Positions 25,320 through 37,879 of a stretch of DNA of 64,000 nt are shown piece after piece; positions within the stretch are counted from its first letter, which is position 1; each line of letters opens with the position of its first letter. Location: NCBI GenBank assembly GCA_964016885.1, contig OZ024740.1, positions 405,170,001 through 405,234,000 of the forward strand, given 5' to 3'. Origin of the DNA: Eledone cirrhosa. Lineage: Eukaryota. The notes beneath the pieces are model-generated. The model worked only from the letters and a program-made list of their open reading frames with translations, searched no databases and was not told where the DNA came from. The position numbers and the translations under genes were made by a program.

Positions 25320-25850
25320 TAATAATGAAATTGTGTATAGTGCTCAGGTGCACTACAACTTGTCAAAGGTGCATGTATAGTACATAGAATAATATACAAA
25401 TGTCAGGGAAGTGAACAGTGTATGAGTCATGATATACATGTGTGCGTGTGTATGGAGGGGGAATATTAGGTGTAGTGTTGGTAAATCTCAGGAAGCATGG
25501 AGGTTTTAAAGGATGCAGTGTCTCGACAGCTAACAACTGATGCAGGTAGTTTGTTCCATGCTTCAGCAACTCTGAGCGTGAAAAAATGTTTCCGAAAGTC
25601 ATGGGAGCTGTGCTGTTTTCTGACTTTGTGGGCATGTCCACGTGTGTTAGACACATGGAAATCAAAAAGGTACTCAGGGTTGTTGTTGGCAAGATGGTTA
25701 ATAATTTTGTGGGTGTTTACCAAGTCAGTTGCCAGACGTTGGAGCTTCAATGTATGCCCAAGCAAGGCGTTCAGAGTATGGTAGATGCCTGATGGAGGGT
25801 ATTCATTTGGTTGCATGTCTCTGAACAGTTTCCAGGTGGTCAATGTTGTG
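25320..25850 (-). mobile_element. CR1-type LINE 3' fragment
   Basis: ORF 25466-25873: TRGHAHKVRKQHSSHDFRKHFFTLRVAEAWNKLPASVV, a typical CR1 RT C-terminus, followed by an (ATT)n tail. Confidence 0.9.
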
Positions 25851-26046
25851 GTAAAACTCACAAAATCCCCCAACAGAGGGAGACTTCCAAGGGATATTTG
25901 TGGTAGAACTCACAAAATCCATGAATCATTAAAATATGGAGTTTAGTTTTTTTCTTTATTTTTCCTCCTGTTTATTTATCGACTAACTTTGGAACAAATT
26001 ACATTGATATTTGAGTTTTTGTTCATGGAGCAAACAGAAAAAAATA

Positions 26047-26318
26047 ACTATTGTTGTTGCTGTTGTTGTTGTTACTGTTGCTGTTGTTGTTGCTGCTGCT
26101 ACTACTGTTGTTACTGCTGCTATTACTGTTGCTACTGTTGTTGTTGCTATTACTGTTGTTGCTGCTGCTGTTGTTAATGTTGTTGTTGTTACTGTTGTTA
26201 CTGTTGTTGTTACTACTACTTCTGTTGTTGCTGTTACTGCTTTTACTAGTACTGTTGTTGCTTCTGCTGTTACTGTTGCTACTGTTGGTGCTGCTGTTGC
26301 TACTGTTTGCTGCTGCTA
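26047..26318. repeat. Compound trinucleotide microsatellite (TGT/TGC/TAC)
   Basis: Directly visible; it explains the poly-L, poly-C and poly-N/S ORFs. Confidence 0.95.
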
Positions 26319-27124
26319 TACTCACACATAATTGCATAGGTACACCTAAACAAACACACACACATGTATATATAAATAAACAATAGCAAGTACACAAACA
26401 TAAATTACACGTGCATATTTCTCTATTCATCTAAAGGTGCATTGCTTTCCTGTTTACAATCTCTCATAGCTTTACACTGATGCATGCATAGTTTCATTGT
26501 TTTTATAACCAGTCATGCATGCAGCCAAACTGTATATGATGCATACACAATGGATTTTTTTCCAATAATGCAAACATAGATTCCTGTTTAGCATGCTTAC
26601 ATTGAATTTTCCATTTACACTAGTATGTTGCTCTTTATTTCTACACCTACTATATGAGGGTTAGCTATATAATGAGACTAAAATAGAATATTTCCTAAAG
26701 TAGTAGTTACTGTATCCAAAGGCTCTGTCTTCTACTGTTTGTCCAATATCTCCTTTCTATCAATGTATATACAAACATAACAAAAAAAAAAAAATCAAAA
26801 GCAAACAATGTAAATACCAGCAGGAAAAAAAAATATTTCCAGAAATATTGTGTTGACAATCTGGTAAATTGACACTCATTCCCAGACTTCCATATTTGTT
26901 CTGTATTAACGTAACTACATCAGTCAGAATTCTGATGCATGCACATATATAAAAGGAAATACAGTTGTCACTCACAATCGAATATGACTTGGTAGAATGT
27001 AACATGCTTTTGCTACAGATTTTAGGTGCCTAAGCAGTCAAGAGCAGACAGGCATCTCCTCAAACCTCCCTTGATCCATCCATCAGAAAATTCAGAATGT
27101 TACAGCAAAAAGGAGAAAGGGCTG

Positions 27125-27248
27125 CACCAGCACTGGACTGGTACCTGAAAAAATGAAAGGCAAAGTAGACCTTGGTGGGATTTGAACTCAGAACACAGAG
27201 GCCTGGAACAAATTTCCAAAACTAGCAATTTTGCCAAATTGCCTGCCT
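27125..27248 (-). mobile_element. Degenerate SINE family A
   Basis: gaaaggcaaagt..ggatttgaactcaga. Confidence 0.7.
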
Positions 27249-28740
27249 TGCACACACACGTCCATTGCTGACTATTAAAGGGAATTGTGTTTTTTAACAT
27301 TGCTCTTTTAACCTTCCAGGTTCCTTCATGTTATTTGACAGGCCTTACAAACAAAGCTACACATTTGCACATCAGTATATAGAGGTAAAAAGGTGTATTT
27401 TTAATCCATCAATAGATTTGCAGACTTTCCAGATGCACTGCATGTTACACTATTGTTTAACTTACTGTAATTAACTTTTTGTCTGGCCTCATGAATTTGT
27501 GTCAATTCAGGCCAATCTTGAACAATACATTCAGACATGAGCATACAACCACGACATACATTCATTTAGCAGTATTAGTAAATGTCTAAGAAATAATCTT
27601 GAAAAACTGAGTTTTTCAGGCAAAGAAAGTGACCACCTAAGACATATTTTTACTGTTCATTTGGAGGTAATATTTTACAGCTGGAAACCCTTCTAAGTGC
27701 TAACCATTTTAGTCACTCCTTATGTCATGCAGTGATGTTTTACCTACTCTAAACTGACTACACACAGAATCCAGGTATATCTTTATAAGAAGGATTCAAA
27801 TAATTAAAAAAGACAACTCATACATGCATATATATGTACATAGGTATACATGCATGTTATTTTTAAAATCTATGTATAGGTATGCAGTGTTGGTTTTTTA
27901 ATTATGTATGTTTGCTGTAGCTTGCTTATGTGCTCAGATGATTTGTTTTAATCCTAATTTTTCTAACAATGTAGAACAGTATATTCATACATTACAAAAA
28001 TTCCTAAAGGTTCTTAAAATGTCAGTGATGCTTTAATATTTTGTTTCTGTTGGCAGTCTGTTAATTTTACTGAAAGAAACCTAGTGTGCAAGTAACAAGC
28101 ACATCCTATTGATACGGGATCAATAATAAACATTCTAAAGTAATATATTCCTATCCTTTCATTGCAGTTGACCCCTTGTTAAAGAAGCTTTTATTCTGCT
28201 ACTTATTCCTCAAACATCTTATGGAGCTATTTTTTTGTTTCCCTCATGGTTATGATAGGTAATTTTGAGAGAATACTTTTACCACTGGTAAAATAATTAT
28301 AAGTGCATGGTGCTTGTACAAAATAATGAAATTAATATTAGTTTGGAAAATATCAATAGTTATTAACTTACAATAAGAGCCTACTCATATGTATATTTAC
28401 AATTAATGTAATACTCTAAGGAAGGTGGGGGGGGGGGGATTTACAAAAGAAAATAAAGAAATTTTCACTATATAAGTTAAATACTTGAATCATTATATAA
28501 TCATTATGAAATAAATATTTGAAAAAAATTGTTACATTCCACTCAAATACTGTAAACATTCACTGTTCATAAATGTGTATATAACATCATTATTATTATT
28601 TTGTAAAATAAAGTACCAGTAATGCACTGGGTAATTGCTGGCCTTGTGCCTAAAGTAGAAACAATTATTATTATTTTGCATCTGTTTAAAATGATTATAA
28701 AGCAATTTATTTAATTCAATGAAAAAGTGTTTGGCTTTAA

Positions 28741-28930
28741 CCCTTTAGTATTTAAACTGGCCGTATCCGGCCAGAATTCTCTCACCTCTTTCTGTTCAAA
28801 CCGGCCGCTCATACTGACGTTAAGGTATTGTCCTCAAAATCTCATAGATTCAATAGATTCAATATTATGTGAGATAATTATGTGAGGTAAAGCATTTACC
28901 ATGAAAATATAATAATAAATATAGAGTAAT
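28741..28930 (+). mobile_element. piggyBac-type MITE family A lacking its right TIR
   Basis: TTAA-CCCTTTAG start; cut by the RTE tail just before the right TIR. Confidence 0.8.
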
Positions 28931-29692
28931 CATCATCATCACCGTTTTACGTCCGTTCTTCCACGCTAGCATGGGTTAGACGGGTTGTCCTGTTGTGGGC
29001 AGATTCCAGTTGGTTGACCTTGTCTTGCTCATATGGGAACTGATTCTAGCTTGATTTCTACAGCTGGATGCCCTTCCTAACACCAACCTCATTTACAGTG
29101 AGTGCTGGGTGCTTTTTTGCCATGGCACCTCCATAACCACTTTACAATGGGAAGGGTTGTGGGCATATTGTCTATATGCTACAGCTTCAGCTTGTACCCG
29201 TGGAGTGTTGGGTCTTCTGTATTACTACGTGACGCCAGATGTCACGGTTGTGTGTCATTGCCTTTGAGAGGTGTAATTGGGTAAGGTTGGCCTTTATCAC
29301 CTCATCCCAGGTCTTTTTGGGTCTCCCCACTCCGCGGCTTCCATTGACTTCTAGTGCTCTGTACCTTTTTATGCAGCTTTCATCCTTCATATGCATCACA
29401 TGTTCATACCAATGCAACATCCTCTCCTGCACACATTTGATTCCTCTTATGCTCAGTCTCTCTCTCAATTCGTTTATGCTTTGCCGTTCGCGTATATTAC
29501 TATTACACATCCATCGGAGCATGCAAGCTTCGTTTCTTTCTAATCTATGCAGGTCTTCCACATTCAGCACCCAGGTCTCACTACCATGTAACATTGCTGT
29601 TTGTATACAGTCTGCCTTTCATTTTGAGGGAAAAGCCTTTTGCAGCTAGCAGTGGCAGTAGCTCACTGAACTTCTTCCATCCCGTTCTTACC
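28931..29692 (-). mobile_element. RTE LINE 3' fragment
   Basis: ORF 29187-29594 and the UTR match 49310-50135. Confidence 0.93.
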
Positions 29693-29880
29693 CCCCCCCC
29701 CCTGGCTTTCCTGTCGGTCTAGGTGGGCCCCCTAGGCTATAATTCTAAACACATAGCTTATTACACATGTAATTACGAATCCTTAACTAGAACAACGTAA
29801 AGAAAATGCTTAATCTCTAATAAGACTAGAAGTTAAGACCAATCTCTTGTTTATTTTAAAAATATAATATTTCGGATAAA

Positions 29881-30124
29881 ATGGCAACTGCATCTAAAAA
29901 AAAGTGTAGACAATATTCCGTCGAATAAAAACATTAAATTTTTTTTACTTGCTTTCCCCACATCTTATTTAGTTGAGTCAGGTTTCAGTCAGGTGATGCA
30001 TCTGCTTTCAAAAAGTCAAAATCACCTTGATATAGAAAGATGTGATTTACGACTCTCTCTAACGGCTTTCACACCAAACATTGACAAATTAGTAGCCTTG
30101 CATCAATCACAGGGATCTCATTAA
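29881..30124 (+). pseudogene. Internally deleted hAT Charlie/Buster (ZBED8/SCAND3-like) transposase remnant
   Basis: N-terminus MATASKKKCRQYSVE sits about 20 nt from the C-terminus LLAFPTSYLVESGFS...DLRLSLTAFTPNIDKLVALHQSQGSH*. Confidence 0.8.
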
Positions 30125-30526
30125 AAACCGATTATTATATTCTTTGATTTGTAAATATAAATAAATGATTTGATATCTAAATTCTATATTATTCTATTTG
30201 TTTGAAATGTTGTAATACATACTTATGTTATTCTCGATACTCAGGTTTTTAACCTAATATTTAATTAAAAGTATAATCATGCATGAGTATATACACACAA
30301 ATATATATATCTATATATTGTGTGTATATATAGAAAAAATATATATAATATTTTTATTTATGTTGTTACTTTTTATCATTAGTCACATTTTAGAACAATT
30401 TGGTATTTGCGACATTTCCTGGACTTTTGCTTTTCGGCGATTATTTGACGTGTTTTACATTCTTCGGTGTTGAATATCAAATTAAGGAAATTATATTATT
30501 CCAAGTATGTCAATATAGTGCTCATT

Positions 30527-30868
30527 GTGGGTATGGTGTGGTGTGTAGTGGCCGGAGGCTGGGCGTGCTTGACCGGAAGCGTGCTCGACTGGAAGGGCGA
30601 GCAGATGTGACGTCAGCTTGAGAGGCCGCTTTCTCTTCTATGGCGGTCATCGGACTGAGACAGCCGTGCGATTTGAGGCTGCGATCAGCGAGCTGGGTTG
30701 TACACACGTGGAAGAGAGGAAAACCAGCCAACGACTTTGCCAGGACCAGAGAAACGCGGTAAGTGAAGTGGCTTTCTAATCACAAGCTATTTCGGCACTT
30801 AAAGACTTATAGTAAAAGAAAAAGGAAAAAGGAAGAATTTTTTTTAAGACAAAGCCACTGGAAAACAG
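30527..30868 (+). promoter_or_regulatory. CpG-rich promoter/5' UTR-like segment upstream of the hAT transposase
   Basis: CCGGAAG (30573-30579), TGACGTCA (30608-30615) and a GTAAGT donor at 30759; bounded by a 19-bp direct repeat. Confidence 0.45.
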
Positions 30869-30891
30869 TGTCAATATAGTGCTCATTAACA

Positions 30892-33501
30892 ATGCTGCCT
30901 AAAAAAACTTACAAAACTGGAGCAACAAAGAGGAGAGAAGCTAGAAAAGCTGCCACGGAAGAATCTGCAGAGAAATGTCATCTAATCACAAGTTTTCTGA
31001 AAAGTCAACAGTCTTCGTCAACAAGTAGTGACGCATCCCAAAGTAACGTAACTGCCGGAATTTCCGGCGAGTCGGTCTGGTCAGATGAACTGGAGAAACA
31101 GAAAAGCACTGGAGAGTCGCGATAACCTGACGTCGAAGATGCCTCAGGTCCATCGACTATCTCAACAACCGTCGTAGTCACTGAAGATGTAGTTCCAACT
31201 GGGGATCCGAACTCAATAGAGGGGAAAATGGCTGTATCGGAATCTGAAAATGAAAATGATTCAGAGGAAACTACATTGGCAAAACAAATCCCAGAGTATG
31301 AGCCAGTAGAATGCATGTTGAATTTACAAGAGGAGTATCCAAGCGACCCAAAACATTTTGAGGGCAGACCATTGACGACACCTCTAATTCGCACCCTCAT
31401 GGCCGTTGGTCCTTGTCAGCCAGGATTGAAAGATAATTTTGCTGATTTCCCTCTTGACTCGAACTACAGAAAATTCAACATCAGTTGGTACAAGAGAAAG
31501 TGTGCTGGAATCCATAAAGTTGACCGACACTGGTTAGTATACTCTCCTGAATCCAACAGACTATATTGCTTTTGTTGTTGGCTGTTTGCTGATAAAAATG
31601 CCGAATCTTACTCGAAGACTTGGGGTAATCCAGAGTGTGGGATGGCAAACTTCAAAAAGGGAATCGAAAAAATTGCCAAGCATGAGAAAAGTGCCATTCA
31701 CATCAATGCACAAAAGCAATACTTCATGACAAAATATCGTTTGAACGCAGATAAAACAGTGATCGATAACCTCGCCTGGCCTTCAGAGGTCACAGAGAAT
31801 ATGCTGGACTCGGCGCCAAATCAGAAAATGAAGGAAACTTTATTGAATTGTTGGAATTGATGGCCAAGTATGATACGATCTTGGAAAGTCATTTATTCTC
31901 GCCTGGGTGCACTAAAAGAAGCCTATGTACTTAAGTCCAAAAGTACAAAACGAATTCATAGTACTCAACAAATAATCACGGAAGTGAAAGCGGCAAAATA
32001 CTATTCAGTCATCGTCGATTCCACAATGGACATTTCGCATCAGGATCAATGCCCTGGAGCTCAGGAGCATTTCCTGTCGTTTTGTGAACTAGAATCAGCA
32101 GCCACTGAATTATTTTACGATACGCTTGTGAAAGTTCTTTTCCAGGATCTATCCTTGGATGCTCAATATATTAGGGGACAAGCTTACGATGGAGCGTCGA
32201 ATATGTCCGGCCATATTTCTGAGCTTCAGGCTAGAGTTAAAGAGGGATGCTCTTCAAAAGCTGTTTACGTCCATTGTTGCGCTCATAACTTGAACCTGGT
32301 GTTAATCGATGCTAGCCAATCGTCAGTGGATGGTAAATTATTTTTTGGTATATTGGAGAGCCTGTATGTTTTCTTAACATCAAGCTTGCCAAGGCTGAAA
32401 ATCCTCGAAGAAGAACAAGAAAAACTATTGACTTCAACGGTATTAACATTAAAAAGACTGTCAGATACGTGCTGGTTTAGTCACATTCAGGCTGTAGAGG
32501 CTACCATTAACAACTTACCGGCAGTAATAAGTGCACTAGAGAGGATAATAAGTGGGGATGTTCACAACACTGCTCCGAAAGTATTAGCCGAGGCCAGAGG
32601 TTTGCTACTAAATGTGAGCAAGTTTGAATTCATTTTCATGTTGAAGTTTTTTCAGAATTTACTTAAAAAGCTGCATTCTGTTTCACAATATTTGCAGAAG
32701 GAGGCTATCGACTTATATTCCGCGGACGTCATGATTAAAAATGTAGTAAAAGAAATTGAAGACATCCGCTCAAATGAATATTTTGACCGAACATTATCAG
32801 ACGCTATAAATCTCGCCAAGCAATGTCAAGTTGAACCAGAGTTTACAACAGAAAAACGGAAAAGAAAAAAGAAGCGTTTTCATGACGAACCTCATGAGAC
32901 GATGAGTCAGCATTTTAAACAGGGCGTTTATTTCACTCCCTAACCCTTTTGTTGTGCGCCCTTGTGGCTAATAAAGAAATATATCTTAGATAGAATCATT
33001 AGTAGCTTTAACAAACGTTTTGCCGACTTGCACGATCTAGTGAAGGATTTTTCGTGCTTGATACCGGCGCACTTTGACGACACATGCAATAGAGAGAGAA
33101 TCGATAATCTTGTGAAATTCTACGAGGGTGACATCGAAAATGACACCATCTTCGACGAGTATTTATCATTCAAAGATTTTTACAAGGAAGTGTGTTTAGA
33201 TAAATCCATATCGAGTTCTGAGATCGTTCCGTTTATGATTTCTAATGACTTAGATAGAGCCTATCCGAACGTGTTTGCCTTATACAAAATGTTCATAACT
33301 ATTCCGGTTAGCTCAGCACAGACTGAGCGAACCTTCATCAGGCTCAAACTGATAAAGAATTATTTGCGTAGTACCATGAGTGAAGAGCGGTTGAATGCTC
33401 TGGCAATGATGTACATAGAGCGAGAACTGGCTGAAAAAATTGACTTCAGCATTGTGATTGAAAAATTTTCTAAAGTAAAACATTGCAAATTAGAACTGTA
33501 G
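30892..33501 (+). pseudogene. Disrupted hAT transposase, ZMYM1/THAP12-like (TTF zinc finger, DUF4371, hATC dimerisation domain)
   Basis: WLVYSPESNRLYCFCC. Shifted frames near 31775-31960 give LAFRGHRE, NEGNFIELLELMAKYD and YLSPKVQNEFI. Also YYSVIVDSTMD, GQAYDGASNMSG, YVHCCAHNLNL and IPVSSAQTERTFIRLKLIKNYLRSTMSEERL. Stop at 31123-31125, frameshifts, and an insertion at 32938-32982. Confidence 0.93.
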
Positions 33502-33827
33502 AACAAGTGATGTGCTCGAATGTGAAAGTAAAGTTTTAGATGGACGATTTGTTGTACATACGAATTTTTGTTGGTGAATAATCGATTGCAAAACTAGTTT
33601 TATTGGATGTTGTTTTTTTTTCTGAAGATAGACCACCGTCTTCGCAGTTAATAAAGTTTTCACGGAACATGCTAACTCTGTAATCTATGATGCTGTCTAC
33701 TCTATTATAAATTATCAATTCTATATGTGTGTATGAACATATTTCCTTGCAGCCGATGGAAATGAGCGTATGGAATTGGTGGCCCCCTTTAGATCGAATT
33801 CCCCCCCCCCCCCCCCGGCTTTAAAAG

Positions 33828-33841
33828 CTAGTTACGCACTG
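33828..33841 (+). mobile_element. Right terminal inverted repeat of the hAT element (CTAGTTACGCACTG)
   Basis: hAT-type ...CTG terminus preceded by ggccccc/C-run subterminal motifs. No matching left TIR was found. Confidence 0.65.
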
Positions 33842-34397
33842 GTTCACTCCCATATGATATTTTGAACAAGTAACTTCTTGTGAGTAAAATCTGGTAGTCA
33901 GAAGCTATGCAGAAGCATACTATGTTTAAATGTGTGTGTGTATGTATGTTTAAGTGTGCGAAGTAAAAATTGGCAAATCAAACAAAGATATTTCATAACT
34001 GAGTTCATCAGAGTTACATCCTTTTACATCTACTCAACTGTTTCTATTATTCTATCTGGGATTGATAAAAATGGTACCAGCTATAGTACTGGGATGGATA
34101 TAATCAACTAAAACCCTTGAAAAAGTTATTCCAGTGTGGCCACAGTATGACTGAAGCTAGTAAAAGAATATGAATGAATAGATAGGTCTTTTTTGTATTG
34201 CACCATGGGTTTGAACTCTGGTTATGGTTTATATGACTGGGTGCTTCACTATTTCTAACCTCTTAGATTCTGTAGAACATTTTTAGTATGGCAGAGAAAT
34301 TGTCTAGAGATATTTCTAGAATCTTATCTTTCTCTAAATCAGTTTTATTTCAGAAATAACTGTTCACCCTAGATGAATCATGCATAATGGTCTACAT

Positions 34398-34540
34398 CTC
34401 TCTTTCTCTCTCTTTCTCTCTCTTCTCTCTCTCTTCTCTCTCTCTCTCTCTTCTCTCTCTTCTCTCTCTCTCTCCCTCTTTCTCTTTCTCTCTTTCTCTC
34501 TCTCTCTTTCTCTCTCTTTCTCTATCTCTTTCTTTCTCTT

Positions 34541-34635
<95 letters not shown>

Positions 34636-34825
34636 CTCTTTCTCTTTCTTTCTCTCTCTCTCTCTTTCTTTCTCTCTCTCTCTCTTTCTTTCTTTCTCTC
34701 TCTTTCTTTCTTTCTCTCTCTCTTTCTTTCTCTCTCTTTCTTTCTCTCTCTTTCTTTCTCTCTCCCTCTCTTTCTTTCTTTCTCTTTCTTTCTCTTTCTT
34801 TCTCTTTCTTTCTTCTTCTTTCTTT

Positions 34826-34895
<70 letters not shown>
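34398..34895. repeat. About 500-bp (CT)n/(CTTT)n microsatellite
   Basis: Directly visible. Confidence 0.97.
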
Positions 34896-34898
<3 letters not shown>

Positions 34899-37034
34899 GA
34901 GCTATCTAGTTGCTATTTCTTGCTTTTCTATTATGTTAGTATATTCTTCAAAATATGAAGTGTTGTAACATTTTTTTCCTTTTCCATCTAGAAAATGCTA
35001 TTTCTCCTATTGTTGGTGTCATTATCCATCTATAAAGATTAATAGCTATGCATTTCGATTTACAAAGTATTTTGTTTCCAGAATTCTTTCCAAATCTGTC
35101 TATCCAACAGTATGTGGTTATATAGAATGCTGTAATGTTATTTCCTACATCAATGAATATATGTTTAATGTCTTCATTTCTGTTCATATTCTTCATATGC
35201 TGCACTCAGAAGCTGTTTCAACTGATCTCTTATTTCTTCCATCCCATTTTCTTCTCAAACCGAATGTTGAGATAGCTGTTGATGCACAAATTCCAAGTGG
35301 TTGTCAATATTTTCCTTGTTTCCCTTTCGTTGAACTAGATTTCCATGAGTACCAATCAAATATACCAAATGTTGACACTAATACTATTACTGTAAATACA
35401 TTATAGCATATTGATTTGCTACACACACATACACAAAAAGTTCCAATTGAATATTGATTTGTTGTATAAGGAATATTTTAGTGCGGTTTCAAGTCAAACA
35501 AAACCCTACAATTTCATAAATTCATTCTACAAACATTTACTTAACAAAACTTTTATAGAAATAAAGTTTTAAAAAATGTTTATTTCAGAAATTAGATTTC
35601 ACTGAATCTCTATAGTTCACAGCTCCTGTCATTTCTTTTCTTGGTTTGTTTTTGTTGAATATAAATGCTGTTCATACCATATGTATTAAGTATCTATGAA
35701 ACCTCTCTATTCTTTTCTGGTCTTTTGTCGAGTGAAAACAATTCAACTTTTTTTCATATATGGAGATAGCAACAAGAATATTTATATACTAATAGACATT
35801 TTAAATTCATTTTCATTACTAAACCAGGGGTTAGCCTTGCAAAACCCATGAGAGATTATATATTCACCATGGGGTCTTTTTTGAGGCAATATTGTACAGC
35901 TAGATGGTGCCAACTGTTTTAGTCACCTCTAAGGATAAGCAGGAGTATGGTATGCCTATTCTAAACCTGATGTATAGAATATTTATTTGGCTTGATAATA
36001 ATGTGTAAATATGAACTTTAAGGTGTTATTATTGTCAAATATAATATGTAGAATGAACTGTAAGTTCAAATGTTTTAAATGTTCCAAACCGACAACTAAA
36101 TTCTTTAATTTTATTTCTTTTACTAAAGATAACTTGAAATTTTGCAAACATTGGAATTGCTCAAATATAAAATTATCGTTTATCTATTTGTTTTTACAGA
36201 TATATTTAATTTAATTCTTGTTCACTGGAAGAATATGTGGCACTTTGGTTTATCAAAATGATACTATTGTAGAATATTTCACACATTCTATTGTCAAAAA
36301 ATAAAACAAAATAAGCATTTCTGGGTCTTTGATTTAAATTAGATGCTGCATTCTCTGTAACACAAATGTTTTGAAATTTATTTATCATTCCATTAAACTA
36401 TAAATGCAGAATGGTTTGAAATTCTAAATAGATCAAAGCAGAATTACATGTTCCAAACATGTTATATTGTTGCAATTAATAATAGCTTTAGTTAAGTATG
36501 GTTATTGGGTGTGGTTGGGGTCAAATGGAATAGAATCAGAATTCAATGAAATACTTTGAAATTCCTATTATATATATAATTCTTAACATAGCATAACACT
36601 AGCATATTTCCAGATAATTGTGTTATGTTATGGTAGCTTGCTATGATACTGAAATAATTCCCACCACTGTGCACTTTAGCTAGTAACATTGTCATACTAT
36701 TGTTACTGGAAATTGTGAAGAATATAAAGTCACTTAGGTTAAATTAGAAATCTAACTCCTTAACAATTCAGTCATGTGTGTGTGTGTACAATATGCTACT
36801 AATCTAGGCATGAGGATGTACTTATTAACAATTGAATAAATGAATTAGAAGTATTATGAAACTAAAATAAAAGAAACAGAAAAATCATAGCTGAAGAGAA
36901 GCATATTAAACAAAGTTAGAGCCTTATATTTTGGTGTATAACATTTTCATGCCTACAAGCATTCTAGTGTATGATTTTCATGTTTCTTATTGACACTAAC
37001 TAATGACAGGGAGTAGTAAAGTATATTTAATTAA

Positions 37035-37454
37035 CACATTAGCATTTACATTATTTTATATTTACTATTGTATTTTTGTGGTAAAGGCTTTTTTCTCACA
37101 TAATATTGAATCTACAATATTTTGATATTTATTTTGAGAAGAATACCTTAACCCTTTAGCATTTAAACTGGCTGTATCCGGCCATAATTCTCTCACCTCT
37201 TTCTGTTCAAACTGGCTGTAACCAGCCACTCATACCGATGTTAAGGTATTGTTCTCAAAATAAATAATATATCAAAATCCCATAGATTCTATATTATTTG
37301 AGATAAAGCCTTTACCGCAAAAATACAATTGTATATACAGAGTAATGTAAATACTAAATGGTTAATGTCGGTATAAAGGGCCGGTTAAGGCCAGTTTGAA
37401 CAGAAAAAGGTGAAAGAATTCTGGTCAGATATGGCTGGTTTAAATGCTAAAGGG
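37035..37454 (-). mobile_element. MITE family A (outer, minus) containing a nested family A copy (37152-37361, plus)
   Basis: The inner copy is flanked by duplicated TTAA (37148-37151, 37362-37365). The outer copy has TTAA at 37031-37034 and 37455-37458. Confidence 0.88.
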
Positions 37455-37879
37455 TTAAAGACATCTACTTAATGACAACTAGAGACTTGCTATTATAAAA
37501 TGTGCCCTGTACGCACTGTTACGGTAAGTGGTTGGCATTTGGAAAAGCATCTAGCTTCAGAGATCATGCCAAACAAAGAACTGAAAGGACTCTTCAGGTG
37601 TGTTTAGGACTTACCAACCTCCCTAGTGTTGGTGCCACAATAAAATACATTGAGTACACTATAAAGATATTTAAGATAGGAAGGACAAAACAACTGTAGA
37701 AACCAAGCCAAAACTTGAATACATGAGATGCAGCCATCAGCATATCTAAGGAGATGGTGGCCCTGATGAAGTTTTGAATTGGTCTGTGACAACTTGTCCA
37801 ACACATACAAACATGGAAAAATAGTCATTAAATAATAAGATAAAATAAAATGTCAAGATAGAAAATCCCAATCATTATC

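Noticed and set aside
25072-25900. About 38-bp direct repeat (cccccaacagaggg..cttcc..gggata) at about 25072 and 25864 as a TSD or LTR
   Set aside because: Divergent and not precisely bounding an element; more likely two fragments of one dispersed repeat.
25989-26430. Poly-Cys/Leu/Asn-Ser ORFs resembling metallothionein or keratin-associated proteins
   Set aside because: Trinucleotide microsatellite that is open in many frames.
31228-33501. Domesticated ZMYM1/THAP12 host gene
   Set aside because: Stops, frameshifts, deletions and a terminal TIR indicate a dead transposon.
34364-34968. RE-rich and SL-rich ORFs (also 28-249 and 5875-6333)
   Set aside because: Translations of (CT)n microsatellites.
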